NCBI GenBank assembly: GCA_964581035.1
Contig: CAZOLO010000003.1
Span: 14,085-77,514 of the forward strand
Source of the DNA: an uncultured Candidatus Saccharibacteria bacterium
GTDB lineage: Bacteria > Patescibacteriota > Minisyncoccia > Phycocordibacterales > CSBR16-119
Direction of reading: 5' to 3'
DNA length: 63,430 nt
Part shown: positions 45,326-55,506 of the stretch, piece after piece
Layout: each line of letters opens with the position of its first letter
Position numbering within the stretch: position 1 is the first letter of the stretch
The notes under the pieces: model-generated
Told to the model about the DNA's origin: nothing
What the model saw: only the letters and a program-made list of their open reading frames with translations
Database searches by the model: none
Program-made: the position numbers and the translations under genes

Positions 45326-45712
45326 TTATTTTTCTTCAAAATCCAAAGATACGGAATTTATACAAAACCTCTGTCCTGTTGTATCTTTTGGGCCATCCGG
45401 GAATACATGACCTAGGTGACCACCGCATTTAGTACAAGTAACTTCTATTCTATGATTACCCAATGAATCATCATCGTGAAATTCTACTGCCCCTGGAATA
45501 GCTGAGTCAAAACTTGGCCAGCCACAGCCGGCATCGTATTTATTATCACTTTCAAAAAGTTTTGCCCCGCAAGCACCACAGACATACGCTCCACTTTCAA
45601 AATGTTTATCATATTCTCCCGTGAAAGGTCTTTCTGTGCCCTTCTCCACCAATACGTGATACTGCTCAGGAGTTAATAAATTTTTCCACTCTTCTGGTTT
45701 GTGAATTTTCAT
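45326..45712 (-). CDS. msrB: peptide-methionine (R)-S-oxide reductase
   Basis: Two CxxC zinc motifs and the catalytic RFCINS motif (GTERPFTGEY...CGWPSF...HLGHVFPDGP...RFCINSVSL). A terminator follows at about 45281-45310. Confidence 0.9.
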   Translation of the reverse strand: MKIHKPEEWKNLLTPEQYHVLVEKGTERPFTGEYDKHFESGAYVCGACGAKLFESDNKYDAGCGWPSFDSAIPGAVEFHDDDSLGNHRIEVTCTKCGGHLGHVFPDGPKDTTGQRFCINSVSLDFEEK

Positions 45713-45733
45713 GTGATTTATAAATTAGTATGA

Positions 45734-46897
45734 TCAATAATTTTCTTTTATATTCTTTATACGATCAGATGATTCTATAATTCTTGAAACTGGGATTTCT
45801 TCTGACTTTATCGCTTCAATTATAGCTTTATGAATATCTAGTGCCCTATCTGACTTATATCCTGTTATGTTATTTGAAGAAACAATCACATCAACACCAG
45901 AATTTATGGCTAGCTCGACAATCACCTCTAAACTAAATTCATTACTTATTGCCCTCATGTCTATGTCATCAGAGAATACTAAACCATCGAAATCAATCCC
46001 ACTTCTAAGATTCTCTTCTATATGTTTTTTTGAAAGAGAGGCTGGATAAATTTCGTCAATATTTCTATCAATAATATGCGCAGACATAACAGCGTTAACA
46101 ACTCCAGCGTCTATCAAGTCAGCAAAAGGTTTTAACTCTTCTTCTTTATATACATCCGTAATATCAACAACACCCTTGTGGGTGTCTCCAACTGAGCTAC
46201 CATGTCCTGGGAAATGTTTGATCACAGAAAGTATACCTGATTCTTTTTGTCCTTCTATAAAAGCTTTTGCATGATTGATTACAATTTCTGGGTCACCAGA
46301 AAAAGATCTGCCAAAACCTCCAATAATTGGATTGTCTGGATTTATATTTACATCAACAACAGGGGCAAAATTAACATTGATTCCCAGATCTCTTAATTGC
46401 TCACCAAGAATCTTTGAGTATCTTTTTGTCTCTTCAAGAGAAAAACCACCTAACTCTTGGTGGCTTGGAATGTTGGTAAATCCATATTTCGATTTGAGCC
46501 TATTAACATTCCCTCCCTCAGCATCGACAGCTATAAACATCCTTTTATCTGAGATATCCTGAAGAGACCTTACAAGCATAGCTAACTGTTCTGGGCTCTC
46601 TATGTTTCGATCATATTTCTTTGTTGGAGTATCATAGTCAAACAGTACCACTCCACCAATATTGAGCTCTCTCAACGCGCTTTCTGTCTCAGAATCCAGA
46701 GTCTTGCCTCGAAAACCAATCATTATCATTTGTCCTACACGATCAGATAACTCCTGTTCAGAGATTTCAGATTCTTGTTCTGGTGATTCAGATGTTTCTT
46801 GAACCTGTATCTTTTTCGGACTTATATCATTTTCTGATACAAACTTATATACCAAAAGAGTTGCAAGTATTAGAAGAAAAAGACTAGCTGTTTTCAT
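45734..46897 (-). CDS. nagZ: beta-N-acetylhexosaminidase (GH3, NagZ-like) with signal peptide
   Basis: GH3 motif KHFPGHGSSVGDTHKG. N-terminal hydrophobic leader. Confidence 0.85.
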   Translation of the reverse strand: MKTASLFLLILATLLVYKFVSENDISPKKIQVQETSESPEQESEISEQELSDRVGQMIMIGFRGKTLDSETESALRELNIGGVVLFDYDTPTKKYDRNIESPEQLAMLVRSLQDISDKRMFIAVDAEGGNVNRLKSKYGFTNIPSHQELGGFSLEETKRYSKILGEQLRDLGINVNFAPVVDVNINPDNPIIGGFGRSFSGDPEIVINHAKAFIEGQKESGILSVIKHFPGHGSSVGDTHKGVVDITDVYKEEELKPFADLIDAGVVNAVMSAHIIDRNIDEIYPASLSKKHIEENLRSGIDFDGLVFSDDIDMRAISNEFSLEVIVELAINSGVDVIVSSNNITGYKSDRALDIHKAIIEAIKSEEIPVSRIIESSDRIKNIKENY

Positions 46898-47492
46898 ATA
46901 ATCTAGAAACCTCTTCCCAATTTACAACAGACCAAAAAGCCTCAACATAGTCAGGTCGTCGGTTTTGATAGTTTAAATAGTAAGCATGTTCCCAAACATC
47001 CAAACATAGAATTGGAACTCCTCTTTCATCCTCATCTACAACATCCATAAGTGGATTATCTTGGTTTGGAGTAGAAGTGACAGCGAGAGATCCATCTTCT
47101 TTCTTAATCAACCAAGCCCAGCCAGAACCAAATCGAAGCTTTGCTGATCCAGAAAATTGCTCTTTGAAATCTTCAAAAGATCCAAAGTCTTCATTGATTC
47201 TATCTGCTAATGTACCGGCTGGCTCACTTCCACCATCAGGAGACATCACAGCCCAAAAAAGATTGTGATTATAAAATCCTCCAGCATTATTATGAATTGC
47301 AGCTGGCGTCTCTCCTGCAACAGCAAGAATTTCTTCTATTGTTTTACCTTCATAGTCTGTCCCAGCAATTGCTTCATTTAATTTTGAAGTGTACCCAGCG
47401 TGATGCTTTGTATAGTGGATCTCCATGGTTCTAGCATCTACGTGTGGCTCAAGCGCCTTGTAATCGTATGATAATTTTTCTTGTTCAAACAT
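46884..47492 (-). CDS. sodA: Fe/Mn superoxide dismutase
   Basis: LSYDYKALEPHVDARTMEIHYTKHH plus the C-terminal DVWEHAYYL motif. Confidence 0.9.
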   Translation of the reverse strand: MFEQEKLSYDYKALEPHVDARTMEIHYTKHHAGYTSKLNEAIAGTDYEGKTIEEILAVAGETPAAIHNNAGGFYNHNLFWAVMSPDGGSEPAGTLADRINEDFGSFEDFKEQFSGSAKLRFGSGWAWLIKKEDGSLAVTSTPNQDNPLMDVVDEDERGVPILCLDVWEHAYYLNYQNRRPDYVEAFWSVVNWEEVSRLYENS

Positions 47493-47495
47493 AAT

Positions 47496-47900
47496 CTATT
47501 TTTTTAATGAATCTCTAATCTCTATCAACAGATCGACTTCTGTTGGACCTTTTTTCTCTTCGGTTTTCTTCTCTTCCTTTTTCTTAAGCATACTTATGGC
47601 TTTGACTGACATAAAAATCACAATAGCTACAATTAAGAAATCTATAACTGTATTTATAAAAATACCATAATTGATAGTAACAGCCGGCAGTACTTCTCCT
47701 GTATTGGATATACTTGAAGGCTTAATTGTCGCTACTAGGTTTGAAAAGTCTATCCCCCCAAGAAGAAGTCCTATAGGTGGCATTACAACATCATTAACCA
47801 GTGACGTTACGATTTTCCCAAAAGAGGCACCAATAATCACTGCTATAGCCAGCTCTACCACATTCCCCTTCATTGCAAATTTTTTGAATTCTTTAAGCAT
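47496..47900 (-). CDS. mscL: large-conductance mechanosensitive channel
   Basis: [27 protein letters not shown]...[16 protein letters not shown] is canonical MscL. Confidence 0.9.
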   Translation of the reverse strand: MLKEFKKFAMKGNVVELAIAVIIGASFGKIVTSLVNDVVMPPIGLLLGGIDFSNLVATIKPSSISNTGEVLPAVTINYGIFINTVIDFLIVAIVIFMSVKAISMLKKKEEKKTEEKKGPTEVDLLIEIRDSLKK

Positions 47901-47960
47901 TATATGTATGTTTATTTTGTAATAACTCCATTATAACAAATAAAACCGCGTAAAGCGGTT

Positions 47961-49205
47961 TTATGCATTCATCCCTGCTACATACCCTGTTGTCCAGCAT
48001 AACTGAAGTGAGTATCCTCCGGATGGCCTATTTATATTAAGCAAATCACCTGTAAAATATAGATTAGAGAAAAGAGTTGATCTCATTGTTTTCATGTCTA
48101 CCTCCTCTAAGGTAATACCCCCATCTGAGACCACAGCCCTATTGTGACCCATTAGCCCAATTATTTTTATAGGCATAGCCTTAAGGAAGTGAACTATCTT
48201 CTTTCGATCTTCCACTGTGACTGAGTGACATTTTTTATCTGTTTCAAAACCTAATTTAACCAAGGTTCCTTCAGAAAATCCTTCTGGGGCAATCTCCTTG
48301 TATACATTCTTAAAATCTCTATTCTTATTATCATCTAAAATCTTAAGGATTCTTTTTTCTAAATCAGGAAATTCTGTATCAGGATATGCATCTATCTCAG
48401 CCGTTACATCCCCCCAATCAAGAAGCTCCTTTACTTCTGAAGATGAGTTCAAGATAAGTGGGCCAGAAAGGCCGAAGTGTGTAAAAAGTATTTTACCTGT
48501 TTTAGAAAATTGCCTTTTACCATCAGCAAGGAATGATATTTTCATGAAAGAAAGTGTTGCCCCTGATAGTCTCTTTACCCATTCATCTTCTACTTCTAAT
48601 GGAACGATGTTTGGAGTTGGATTCTTTGTTGTGTGACCCATTATATTCAACCATTTGAATCCGTCCCCTGTAGAACCTGTCTCTGGGTGTGATGCTCCAC
48701 CTGTAGCAAATATAAAAGAGTCAGCGGTGTATTCAGTATCTTTAGTGACAACAGCTATTACTTTTCCTTCTTTTGTTTTTACTTTTATAACTGACTGCTC
48801 TTTCAAAACTGAGACATTTTGACTTCGAATATATTTTTCCAAAACTTTGTACACATCGTACGCTCTTTGAGTTTCAGGAAAGGCTCGTTTTTTAGACTCT
48901 ACTACGAGCGGTAGACCGCGACCTTCAAAAAACTTAAAGGTATCTTCTACGCCAAATTGTGAAAATGGTGAATATAGAAACTTCTCTGCTTGCTTGTAGT
49001 GTGGGAGAAGTTTTCTAACATCATATTCGGCATTTGTTATGTTGCACCTACCACCTCCGGTGATCTTTAGTTTCTTTCCTAGTTCTCGATTCTTTTCAAG
49101 TATTAACACCCGCTTACCTTGTGACGCAGAAGTACCAGCAGCCATCAATCCTGACGCTCCTCCACCTACCACTATTACATCGTAATGTGTTGAATACTTT
49201 TGCAT
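47961..49205 (-). CDS. HI0933-like FAD-dependent flavoprotein (NAD(P)/FAD oxidoreductase)
   Basis: N-terminal YDVIVVGGGASGLMAAG dinucleotide-binding motif and a C-terminal GGYSLQLCWTTGYVAG region. Confidence 0.8.
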   Translation of the reverse strand: MQKYSTHYDVIVVGGGASGLMAAGTSASQGKRVLILEKNRELGKKLKITGGGRCNITNAEYDVRKLLPHYKQAEKFLYSPFSQFGVEDTFKFFEGRGLPLVVESKKRAFPETQRAYDVYKVLEKYIRSQNVSVLKEQSVIKVKTKEGKVIAVVTKDTEYTADSFIFATGGASHPETGSTGDGFKWLNIMGHTTKNPTPNIVPLEVEDEWVKRLSGATLSFMKISFLADGKRQFSKTGKILFTHFGLSGPLILNSSSEVKELLDWGDVTAEIDAYPDTEFPDLEKRILKILDDNKNRDFKNVYKEIAPEGFSEGTLVKLGFETDKKCHSVTVEDRKKIVHFLKAMPIKIIGLMGHNRAVVSDGGITLEEVDMKTMRSTLFSNLYFTGDLLNINRPSGGYSLQLCWTTGYVAGMNA

Positions 49206-49228
49206 ATTTATTATTTAAACTCTAAAGC

Positions 49229-51019
49229 CTATGACTTCTTAGTATTTTTCTTTCTGTCAGCTTCTGTTAGATATTGTTTTCGAAGACGAATAGAATCCGG
49301 AGTAACTTCTAGATACTCATCTTCTCTCATCATTCCAAGAGCTCTCTCCAATGTAAGATCCAATGGTGGAATCAGTTTAATCTGTTCGTCATTTCCAGAA
49401 GATCGCATGTTTGTAAGCTGTTTTCCTTTTGTAGGATTAACAGCCATGTCTTCACCTTTTACAGTATAACCAATAACCATACCTTCATACACTTCTGCAT
49501 TTTGAGATATGTATAGAACTCCTCTGTCTTGCAAGTTTGCAATAGAGAATCCAAGAGCTTTTCCTGTAGCCATAGAAATCATAGAACCATATTCTGTCTT
49601 TTTAATTTCTCCAGCATAAGCATCAAATCCAGAGAAAATAGTTGTAAGAATACCTTCTCCTTTTGTATCAATAACGAATTCATTTCGGTACCCCAGAAGA
49701 CCTCTTGTAGGAATATTGAAAATAAGTCGAGTGTTGCCGTCTTTTGTTTCCATGTGTTCCATTACACCTTTTCTCATTCCAAGTTTTTCAATAACAGCCC
49801 CAGAAGAAACCTCGGGAACAAGAATTGTTACTTGTTCATAAGGTTCGCTCTTTACACCGTCAATATCTTTGATGATTACTTTTGGAGATGATACCGCCAG
49901 CTCGAACCCTTCTCTTCTCATATTCTCAATAAGAACAGCAAGGTGAAGCTCCCCTCTTCCAAAGATCTGGAACTTAGCTTGATCTCCGAAATCCACCTTA
50001 AGTCCAACGTTAATCTCAAGTTCTTTTTCTAGACGTTCTCTGATCTGTCGTGAAGTAAGGAGTTTTCCAACTTTACCAGCAAATGGTGAGTCGTTTATAA
50101 ACATATAGAAAGAGATTGTTGGCTCATCGATTGCGATAGCAGGCATGGCCTCTCCAGATGCATCAGCAAGAAGTGTTTGACCGATAAAGATATCAGGAAT
50201 ACCTGAAATCATAACAATGTCTCCAGCTGAAGCCTCAGCAACCTCGTTTCTTTTCATTCCTTCAAAAGAGAAAAGTTTTGCAATTTTACCAGTAAAGATT
50301 TTACCTGTTGCATCTTTTACGTTTACAACTTCCCCGCTCTTCATAACACCTTCGTATATCCTACAAATACCCATTCTTCCAAGGAAGTTGTCATAAGCTA
50401 GGTTGAAAACTTGAGCTTTCAAAGATTTTGCGATATTTTCTGGAGTTGAAACAGGTTTAACTTCTTCAAGTACAAGATCCAAAATAGGATCTAGATTTGT
50501 CATAGGCTCATCTGGATTAAGACCAGCTACTCCATCACGTCCAATTGCATACACAGTCTTGAAATCAAGCTGTTCTTCTGTAGCCCCAAGTTCAAAGAAT
50601 AATTCAAATACAGCATCGTGAGCCCACTTCACATCAGCTGCTGGTTTATCAATTTTATTTAAAACAAGAATTGGTGTTAACCCAAGTTCTAGAGACTTCT
50701 TCAAAACGAATTTTGTTTGAGGCATTGGACCCTCAGCCGCGTCAACAATAAGAAGAACCGAGTCAACAGACCGAAGCACTCGCTCTACCTCAGAACCAAA
50801 GTCAGCATGGCCGGGAGTATCAAGGATATTTATTTTTGTACCTTTGTAATTAACAGAGGTATTCTTGGCATAAATAGTAATTCCACGTTCTTTTTCAAGA
50901 TCGTTTGAATCCATAGAAATTCCTTTTTCTACCATACCTGTTTGTGTTAAAAAAGCATCGGTTAGAGTTGTCTTACCGTGGTCTACGTGGGCTATAATTG
51001 CAATGTTTCGAATATCCAT
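49229..51019 (-). CDS. typA: translational GTPase TypA/BipA
   Basis: [23 protein letters not shown]-domain start. About 596 aa with EF-G-like domains. Confidence 0.9.
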   Translation of the reverse strand: MDIRNIAIIAHVDHGKTTLTDAFLTQTGMVEKGISMDSNDLEKERGITIYAKNTSVNYKGTKINILDTPGHADFGSEVERVLRSVDSVLLIVDAAEGPMPQTKFVLKKSLELGLTPILVLNKIDKPAADVKWAHDAVFELFFELGATEEQLDFKTVYAIGRDGVAGLNPDEPMTNLDPILDLVLEEVKPVSTPENIAKSLKAQVFNLAYDNFLGRMGICRIYEGVMKSGEVVNVKDATGKIFTGKIAKLFSFEGMKRNEVAEASAGDIVMISGIPDIFIGQTLLADASGEAMPAIAIDEPTISFYMFINDSPFAGKVGKLLTSRQIRERLEKELEINVGLKVDFGDQAKFQIFGRGELHLAVLIENMRREGFELAVSSPKVIIKDIDGVKSEPYEQVTILVPEVSSGAVIEKLGMRKGVMEHMETKDGNTRLIFNIPTRGLLGYRNEFVIDTKGEGILTTIFSGFDAYAGEIKKTEYGSMISMATGKALGFSIANLQDRGVLYISQNAEVYEGMVIGYTVKGEDMAVNPTKGKQLTNMRSSGNDEQIKLIPPLDLTLERALGMMREDEYLEVTPDSIRLRKQYLTEADRKKNTKKS

Positions 51020-51384
51020 AATGTTTTATTTTCGGCTGTTATTAGATTAAAAAATGCCCGATAAAGGGCTTTGCCATAGAAAATAGATTAGCACAAGGCG
51101 CGCAAAAAAGCTATTTATTTGACTTAATCAAACAAAAGATATAGATTTTAAAAAAGAAAAGTTAAATGTACACAATCAAAAGAAACGGAAAAGAATAACT
51201 CCGAGGCAACAGATTCTAGAGAAGGTCGAATCTGAAGGGCGTCTCGTTAAAGATGATACACCCTTCCAAATGTCACTGAAGAGTGCTCAAATAAAACTTG
51301 AAGAGTTACATAGAAAAAATCTTTACAGGATGATAGGGTTTGGGCCAGTGTGCATCTGATTTACACATGAGAGAAAGCTTACGT

Positions 51385-51410
51385 TTTGCGTAAGTTTTTT
51401 TTAATTTCTT
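51385..51410 (+). terminator. plus-strand intrinsic terminator (CTTACG-ttttg-CGTAAG followed by a T8 run) overlapping the htpX stop codon
   Basis: On the plus strand the hairpin is followed by TTTTTTTT. It is much weaker on the minus strand. This implies a plus-strand transcript across the typA-htpX spacer. Confidence 0.45.
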
Positions 51411-52276
51411 AACCTCTTGATTCTCTCCTCTACAGGAGGATGGGTTGAAAACAAGCTTTTAGCTTTCTTTCCAAAAGGGTTTGAAATAAATAGATGAGCT
51501 GTAGCATTGCTAGCCTTTTTCATCCTTCCTCCATGAGATGATATCTTTTCAAGCGCTGAAGCAAGGCCTTCTGGATAACGCGTTAAAAGAGACCCTGTAG
51601 CATCTGCTAAGTACTCACGCTTTCTTGAAATTGAAAGTTTAATCAGAGCTCCGATTATAGGAGATAGCACAAGTAATACTAGACCTACTATCATTAGAGC
51701 TCCTCCGCCTTTACTATTATTGTCTCTACTCCTTCCTCCCCCGTAGAACATACTTCGTATGAATATATCTGAAATAAGAGCCAGTATTCCTACTAAAACT
51801 ACAACTACGGTCATCACCAGAACATCTCTGTTTCCAATGTGAGCCATCTCGTGAGCTAAAACTCCCTCTAATTCATTTTTCTCTAGAAGGGCCAACAGTC
51901 CTGTGGTTACCGCAATAGATGAATGCTCTGGGTCACGACCTGTTGCAAAAGCATTTGGAACCTGGTCTTCAATCACATAAACTTTTGGATTTGGAATTCC
52001 AGCTGTAATGGCTAGATTTTCTGTAAGAGTGTATAGATCAAAATATGCATCACGAGAAGCCTCTTTGGCGCCCGTAGCTTTCAGAGCAATCTTGTCCCCT
52101 TTCCAATAACTCACCCCAACTTGAATAAATGAAATTACCACCGCAATTATCAGAATCTCTGGCATCTGGTAGTAGTAAGAAAGAAAGAAACCAATCCCGA
52201 TAACTAAGACAAAAAAGACCATCATGAGAAACCATGTTTTTCTTACGTTTTGTGATTGATGTGTGTAAAGTGTCAT
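51401..52276 (-). CDS. htpX: HtpX-family M48 membrane protease
   Basis: HEMAHIGNRD zinc motif and multiple TM helices. The likely start is Met8 of the track ORF. Confidence 0.85.
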   Translation of the reverse strand: MTLYTHQSQNVRKTWFLMMVFFVLVIGIGFFLSYYYQMPEILIIAVVISFIQVGVSYWKGDKIALKATGAKEASRDAYFDLYTLTENLAITAGIPNPKVYVIEDQVPNAFATGRDPEHSSIAVTTGLLALLEKNELEGVLAHEMAHIGNRDVLVMTVVVVLVGILALISDIFIRSMFYGGGRSRDNNSKGGGALMIVGLVLLVLSPIIGALIKLSISRKREYLADATGSLLTRYPEGLASALEKISSHGGRMKKASNATAHLFISNPFGKKAKSLFSTHPPVEERIKRLRN

Positions 52277-52545
52277 TATAAATATATTCCAAGCCACGCT
52301 GTTTCTTCAAAGGTTTCGACAACTTGGTTTGGTGTATTTTTCGGTATAAAAACTGAGTCCCCTGTTTTTAACTCTTTTACCTCTTCTCCGATTTTTAGAT
52401 TTGCATGTCCCGAGATCACATAAACCCATTCGTCCTCCTGACTCTCAAATGTCTCACTGGAAAAATCTTTTGGAGAAGTTATTCTTTTAACTTTTATCTT
52501 TTCATTTCTAAAAAGTTCTTCAAATTTTTCCGATTCAACTCTCAT
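52276..52545 (-). CDS. small cupin-domain protein
   Basis: 89 aa. WVYVISGHANLKIGEEVKELKTGDSVFIP fits the cupin_2 beta-barrel motifs. Confidence 0.6.
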   Translation of the reverse strand: MRVESEKFEELFRNEKIKVKRITSPKDFSSETFESQEDEWVYVISGHANLKIGEEVKELKTGDSVFIPKNTPNQVVETFEETAWLGIYL

Positions 52546-52554
52546 AATTTTATT

Positions 52555-54357
52555 TTACCATGAACCTCCGCCTCCACCACCGCCTCCTCCGCCAGAGAAA
52601 CCTCCACCACCAGATCCCCCCCCTGAAGAATTTGGCCTACCTGAGCTGCTTGTAGTGGATACGCCAAAGGCAAATGCTGAGATTGATTTTGAAAAACTAT
52701 TAGAGGAAAAATTATTATCTTGTGATTGGTACCATGAAGGATTTTGAGGCAAAATTCCATCAAACATTTTTACCCATTTTTTCTCTAATTTAAAAGCAAT
52801 AGCAAAAGGTAGTAAATTAGAAAATAGCTGTGTTGCCTTTTCAGGGTCTGACGCAAAATTAATTCTATCCTTCTCGGCAATATTTATGTATTCACGAAGT
52901 CCTGCAACTTTGTACCATAAATCTGTCTTTCCATCTAAGTGTGTCAATAATACTTTTTTTATTGCTAATAATATGGCTATAAAAATAAGTGAACCAAATA
53001 TAACTGCAAATACCCTAAACGAAACATCAGTGAGAGATATGTTAGATATAACTAAGAATGTAAACAGGAAAACACCCATGAAGCCTACAAAAGCTATCGT
53101 TTTGATAGCGCCGAATATGTCAGAAGAAGCTGAAGCATCATTATCATTTTTCATATCAGCACTCTTTGAGAGCTTCCCGGCAATAAATAAAAATGTGTAG
53201 TAAGCCTTTTCTTTTTTTATATCTTCAAATGTTTTTTCTTTATCAGAAAAAGTAATCTCCTCAAGTAAATCTTGTAAATAGGAGCTTTCATTTTCATCTA
53301 AAATTTTACCCGTTAAACTAAAGGCAAACGATTCTTTCTCCCACCAATGATTCTTTTCTTCATCTTTTCTAATGGTTACATACCCTTGTGAGGCCAGATA
53401 TAAAATATCTGCTGTTATTAATTCAGATGAAGACCTGTTATTAATATAATTATAAACATACGACGCCTCACCAGCGGTTAGTTTATCTGGAGGAGTATAC
53501 TCAGCAATAATGGGCTTTTTGCGACTGTAGTATCGAGGTAAATAAACGCGAAATAACCATATCAAGAAAAAGCAGAGAGACAGCAACGCTCCTACAATCG
53601 ATGCAATAACATAGGTGATTTCTTTTTCCCACCAGCTAAGCTTGGCAGGAATAACAAAACCTTTTGGAAAACCAACCGCAACAGTCATCCCCTGAAATGC
53701 AGATAACTGTTGTGGATTGCTTGAACCAAAATCAATGACTGTCTTACTATTGCTTTGCGAAATATCCAATGACACTGAACAAGTAGCATTACTTCCCTTA
53801 TACCCACAATACGAGGATACCTGTAAATCACTCGTTGGAATTTTTTTATGTAGTATTACCTTAGATGTTGCTTTGATTATCGGAACCTCCCATTCATCTC
53901 CTGTGGTGTTCCAATAAATCTCATCAAAATTTTCAAAAGAACCGATTGCATTTTTAACATCATAATCAATCACATATGTATGCTCTCCTGTAATGTAAAC
54001 GTTCGGATCACCAATCTTTATATTAAGCGGAGACGTTGAATCTATAATGTACTTATAATCATTATTGATATTATCAGTTACTTTTATATTTTTAATATCT
54101 ATCCCTCTTATTCCTCCAGGCACTTTTTTAAATGGAATTTCACGGTATATCCCCCTTTTTTCATTTAATCCAAAATCATAAACTATTGTTTCTTTTACAT
54201 GTATATCTCCAGATTCAAAAACTTCTATCTCTATATCAAAAGAATTTATTTTCTCCTGGTTTGACTGTGCAAATATAAGATTCGGGAAAAACACAAAAAC
54301 TAGGACTATGAAGGATCCTAGTTTTTTTGAGAGTTTAATTTTTTTAAGTAAACTCAT
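52555..54357 (-). CDS. DUF2207-family membrane protein with a C-terminal poly-Gly tail
   Basis: Signal peptide, an extracytoplasmic domain, TM helices, and the C-terminal GGGSGGGGFSGGGGGGGGGGSW tail typical of DUF2207. It is adjacent to lemA as usual. Confidence 0.7.
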   Translation of the reverse strand: MSLLKKIKLSKKLGSFIVLVFVFFPNLIFAQSNQEKINSFDIEIEVFESGDIHVKETIVYDFGLNEKRGIYREIPFKKVPGGIRGIDIKNIKVTDNINNDYKYIIDSTSPLNIKIGDPNVYITGEHTYVIDYDVKNAIGSFENFDEIYWNTTGDEWEVPIIKATSKVILHKKIPTSDLQVSSYCGYKGSNATCSVSLDISQSNSKTVIDFGSSNPQQLSAFQGMTVAVGFPKGFVIPAKLSWWEKEITYVIASIVGALLSLCFFLIWLFRVYLPRYYSRKKPIIAEYTPPDKLTAGEASYVYNYINNRSSSELITADILYLASQGYVTIRKDEEKNHWWEKESFAFSLTGKILDENESSYLQDLLEEITFSDKEKTFEDIKKEKAYYTFLFIAGKLSKSADMKNDNDASASSDIFGAIKTIAFVGFMGVFLFTFLVISNISLTDVSFRVFAVIFGSLIFIAILLAIKKVLLTHLDGKTDLWYKVAGLREYINIAEKDRINFASDPEKATQLFSNLLPFAIAFKLEKKWVKMFDGILPQNPSWYQSQDNNFSSNSFSKSISAFAFGVSTTSSSGRPNSSGGGSGGGGFSGGGGGGGGGGSW

Positions 54358-54366
54358 ATAGATAAA

Positions 54367-54951
54367 TTAAAATTCAACTTTTACATTCTCTCTTTGTTCT
54401 TGGTTATCATCTAGATCAAAGAATTCTCTTTTATCAAAGCTAAACATTCCAGCAATAATGTTTGATGGGAACATCTCAATCTTCATATTAAGATCTCGAA
54501 CATTTCCATTGTAGAATCTTCGTGCTGCTTGAATCTTGTTTTCTGTATCAGACAACTCTCTTTGAAGTTCTAGGAAGTTCTCATTTGCTTTTAGCTCTGG
54601 ATAGTTTTCTGAGATAGCCATAAGCTTCCCTAGTGCCTGTGTAAGCCCAGCTTCTGCTCCTGACATAGCGGCTACCGCCTCTGGGGTAAGCTCCCCAACC
54701 TCAACGTGTGTCTGTGTAGCTTTTGCTCGCGCTTCTGTTACAGCATCAAACGTTCCCTGCTCATGTGCCGCATACCCTTTCACAGCATTTACAAGGTTTG
54801 GGATGAGGTCATATCTTCGCTTTAGCTGAACATCAATATCAGCCCAAGCCTCCTCCGCTCGAGTTTTTAGCCTTACAAAACCATTGTAACCTCCGATAAA
54901 CCAGAAGCCTCCGATCAAAACAACAGCGATAATAATATATAAAATAGTCAT
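54367..54951 (-). CDS. lemA: LemA-family protein
   Basis: N-terminal TM helix plus GYNGFVRLKTRAEEAWADIDVQLKRRYDLIPNLV, the canonical LemA region. Confidence 0.85.
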   Translation of the reverse strand: MTILYIIIAVVLIGGFWFIGGYNGFVRLKTRAEEAWADIDVQLKRRYDLIPNLVNAVKGYAAHEQGTFDAVTEARAKATQTHVEVGELTPEAVAAMSGAEAGLTQALGKLMAISENYPELKANENFLELQRELSDTENKIQAARRFYNGNVRDLNMKIEMFPSNIIAGMFSFDKREFFDLDDNQEQRENVKVEF

Positions 54952-55087
54952 AATTTGAAAAAATAATTAGTAAAAGAAAATAGAGACTATCTATTTCTAT
55001 TATTTAATTATATCAAAAAAATTAGTTTTTTTAATCCTTCTGGTAAAAACAACGATGTTGTGGTAATGTCAAACAAAATGAACGAAA

Positions 55088-55444
55088 ATGAAAAAAGTAA
55101 TTATACTAATTCTTCTTATCTTTTCCTGGAATGCTTCCTTTTCGCAAGAAAAATCAGCACCAGAACGTATTTGGAAAATCATTGGGGTCTACCAAATAAA
55201 TGGAGACTCTAAAAAGGTAAATGTTCGCTTTGACGTTTCAAACAAAAATGAAGTTAGAGACGAGATGTCTTCAGAAACAGTTTTCATAATCCCCATAGCG
55301 AAGAGTTTTCTTAGGAAAAAATTAATGACACCTTTGAAAATAAAGCGTAATGACTTCCAAAAACTTGTAGGAGTTTGTACCTACCTCAATCCCAACAGGT
55401 GGTCAGGATCAAAAAGCGTTGACACAGAAAGATGTGCTGAGTAA
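55088..55444 (+). CDS. small secreted hypothetical protein
   Basis: 118 aa with an N-terminal signal peptide (MKKVIILILLIFSWNASFSQ). A terminator follows. Confidence 0.4.
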   Translation: MKKVIILILLIFSWNASFSQEKSAPERIWKIIGVYQINGDSKKVNVRFDVSNKNEVRDEMSSETVFIIPIAKSFLRKKLMTPLKIKRNDFQKLVGVCTYLNPNRWSGSKSVDTERCAE

Positions 55445-55457
55445 AAAATATTTAGCT

Positions 55458-55488
55458 CAAAAGCCCCGCACTTGTGGGGCTTTTAAAA
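55458..55488. terminator. bidirectional terminator (AGCCCCGCACTTGTGGGGCT)
   Basis: A-run, GC stem, T-run. Confidence 0.6.
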
Positions 55489-55506
55489 TTCTTATTTGTT
55501 TAGGAG

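Noticed and set aside
51221-51290. tRNA-like or tmRNA T-arm (GGTCGAATC) in the typA-htpX spacer.
   Set aside because: The flanking bases do not form a T-stem or an acceptor stem, and there is no CCA-adjacent acceptor pairing. It is kept only as part of the candidate sRNA locus.
52050-52322. 90-aa minus-strand ORF overlapping the htpX start.
   Set aside because: It is out of frame with htpX and the cupin gene and lies entirely within their coding sequence.
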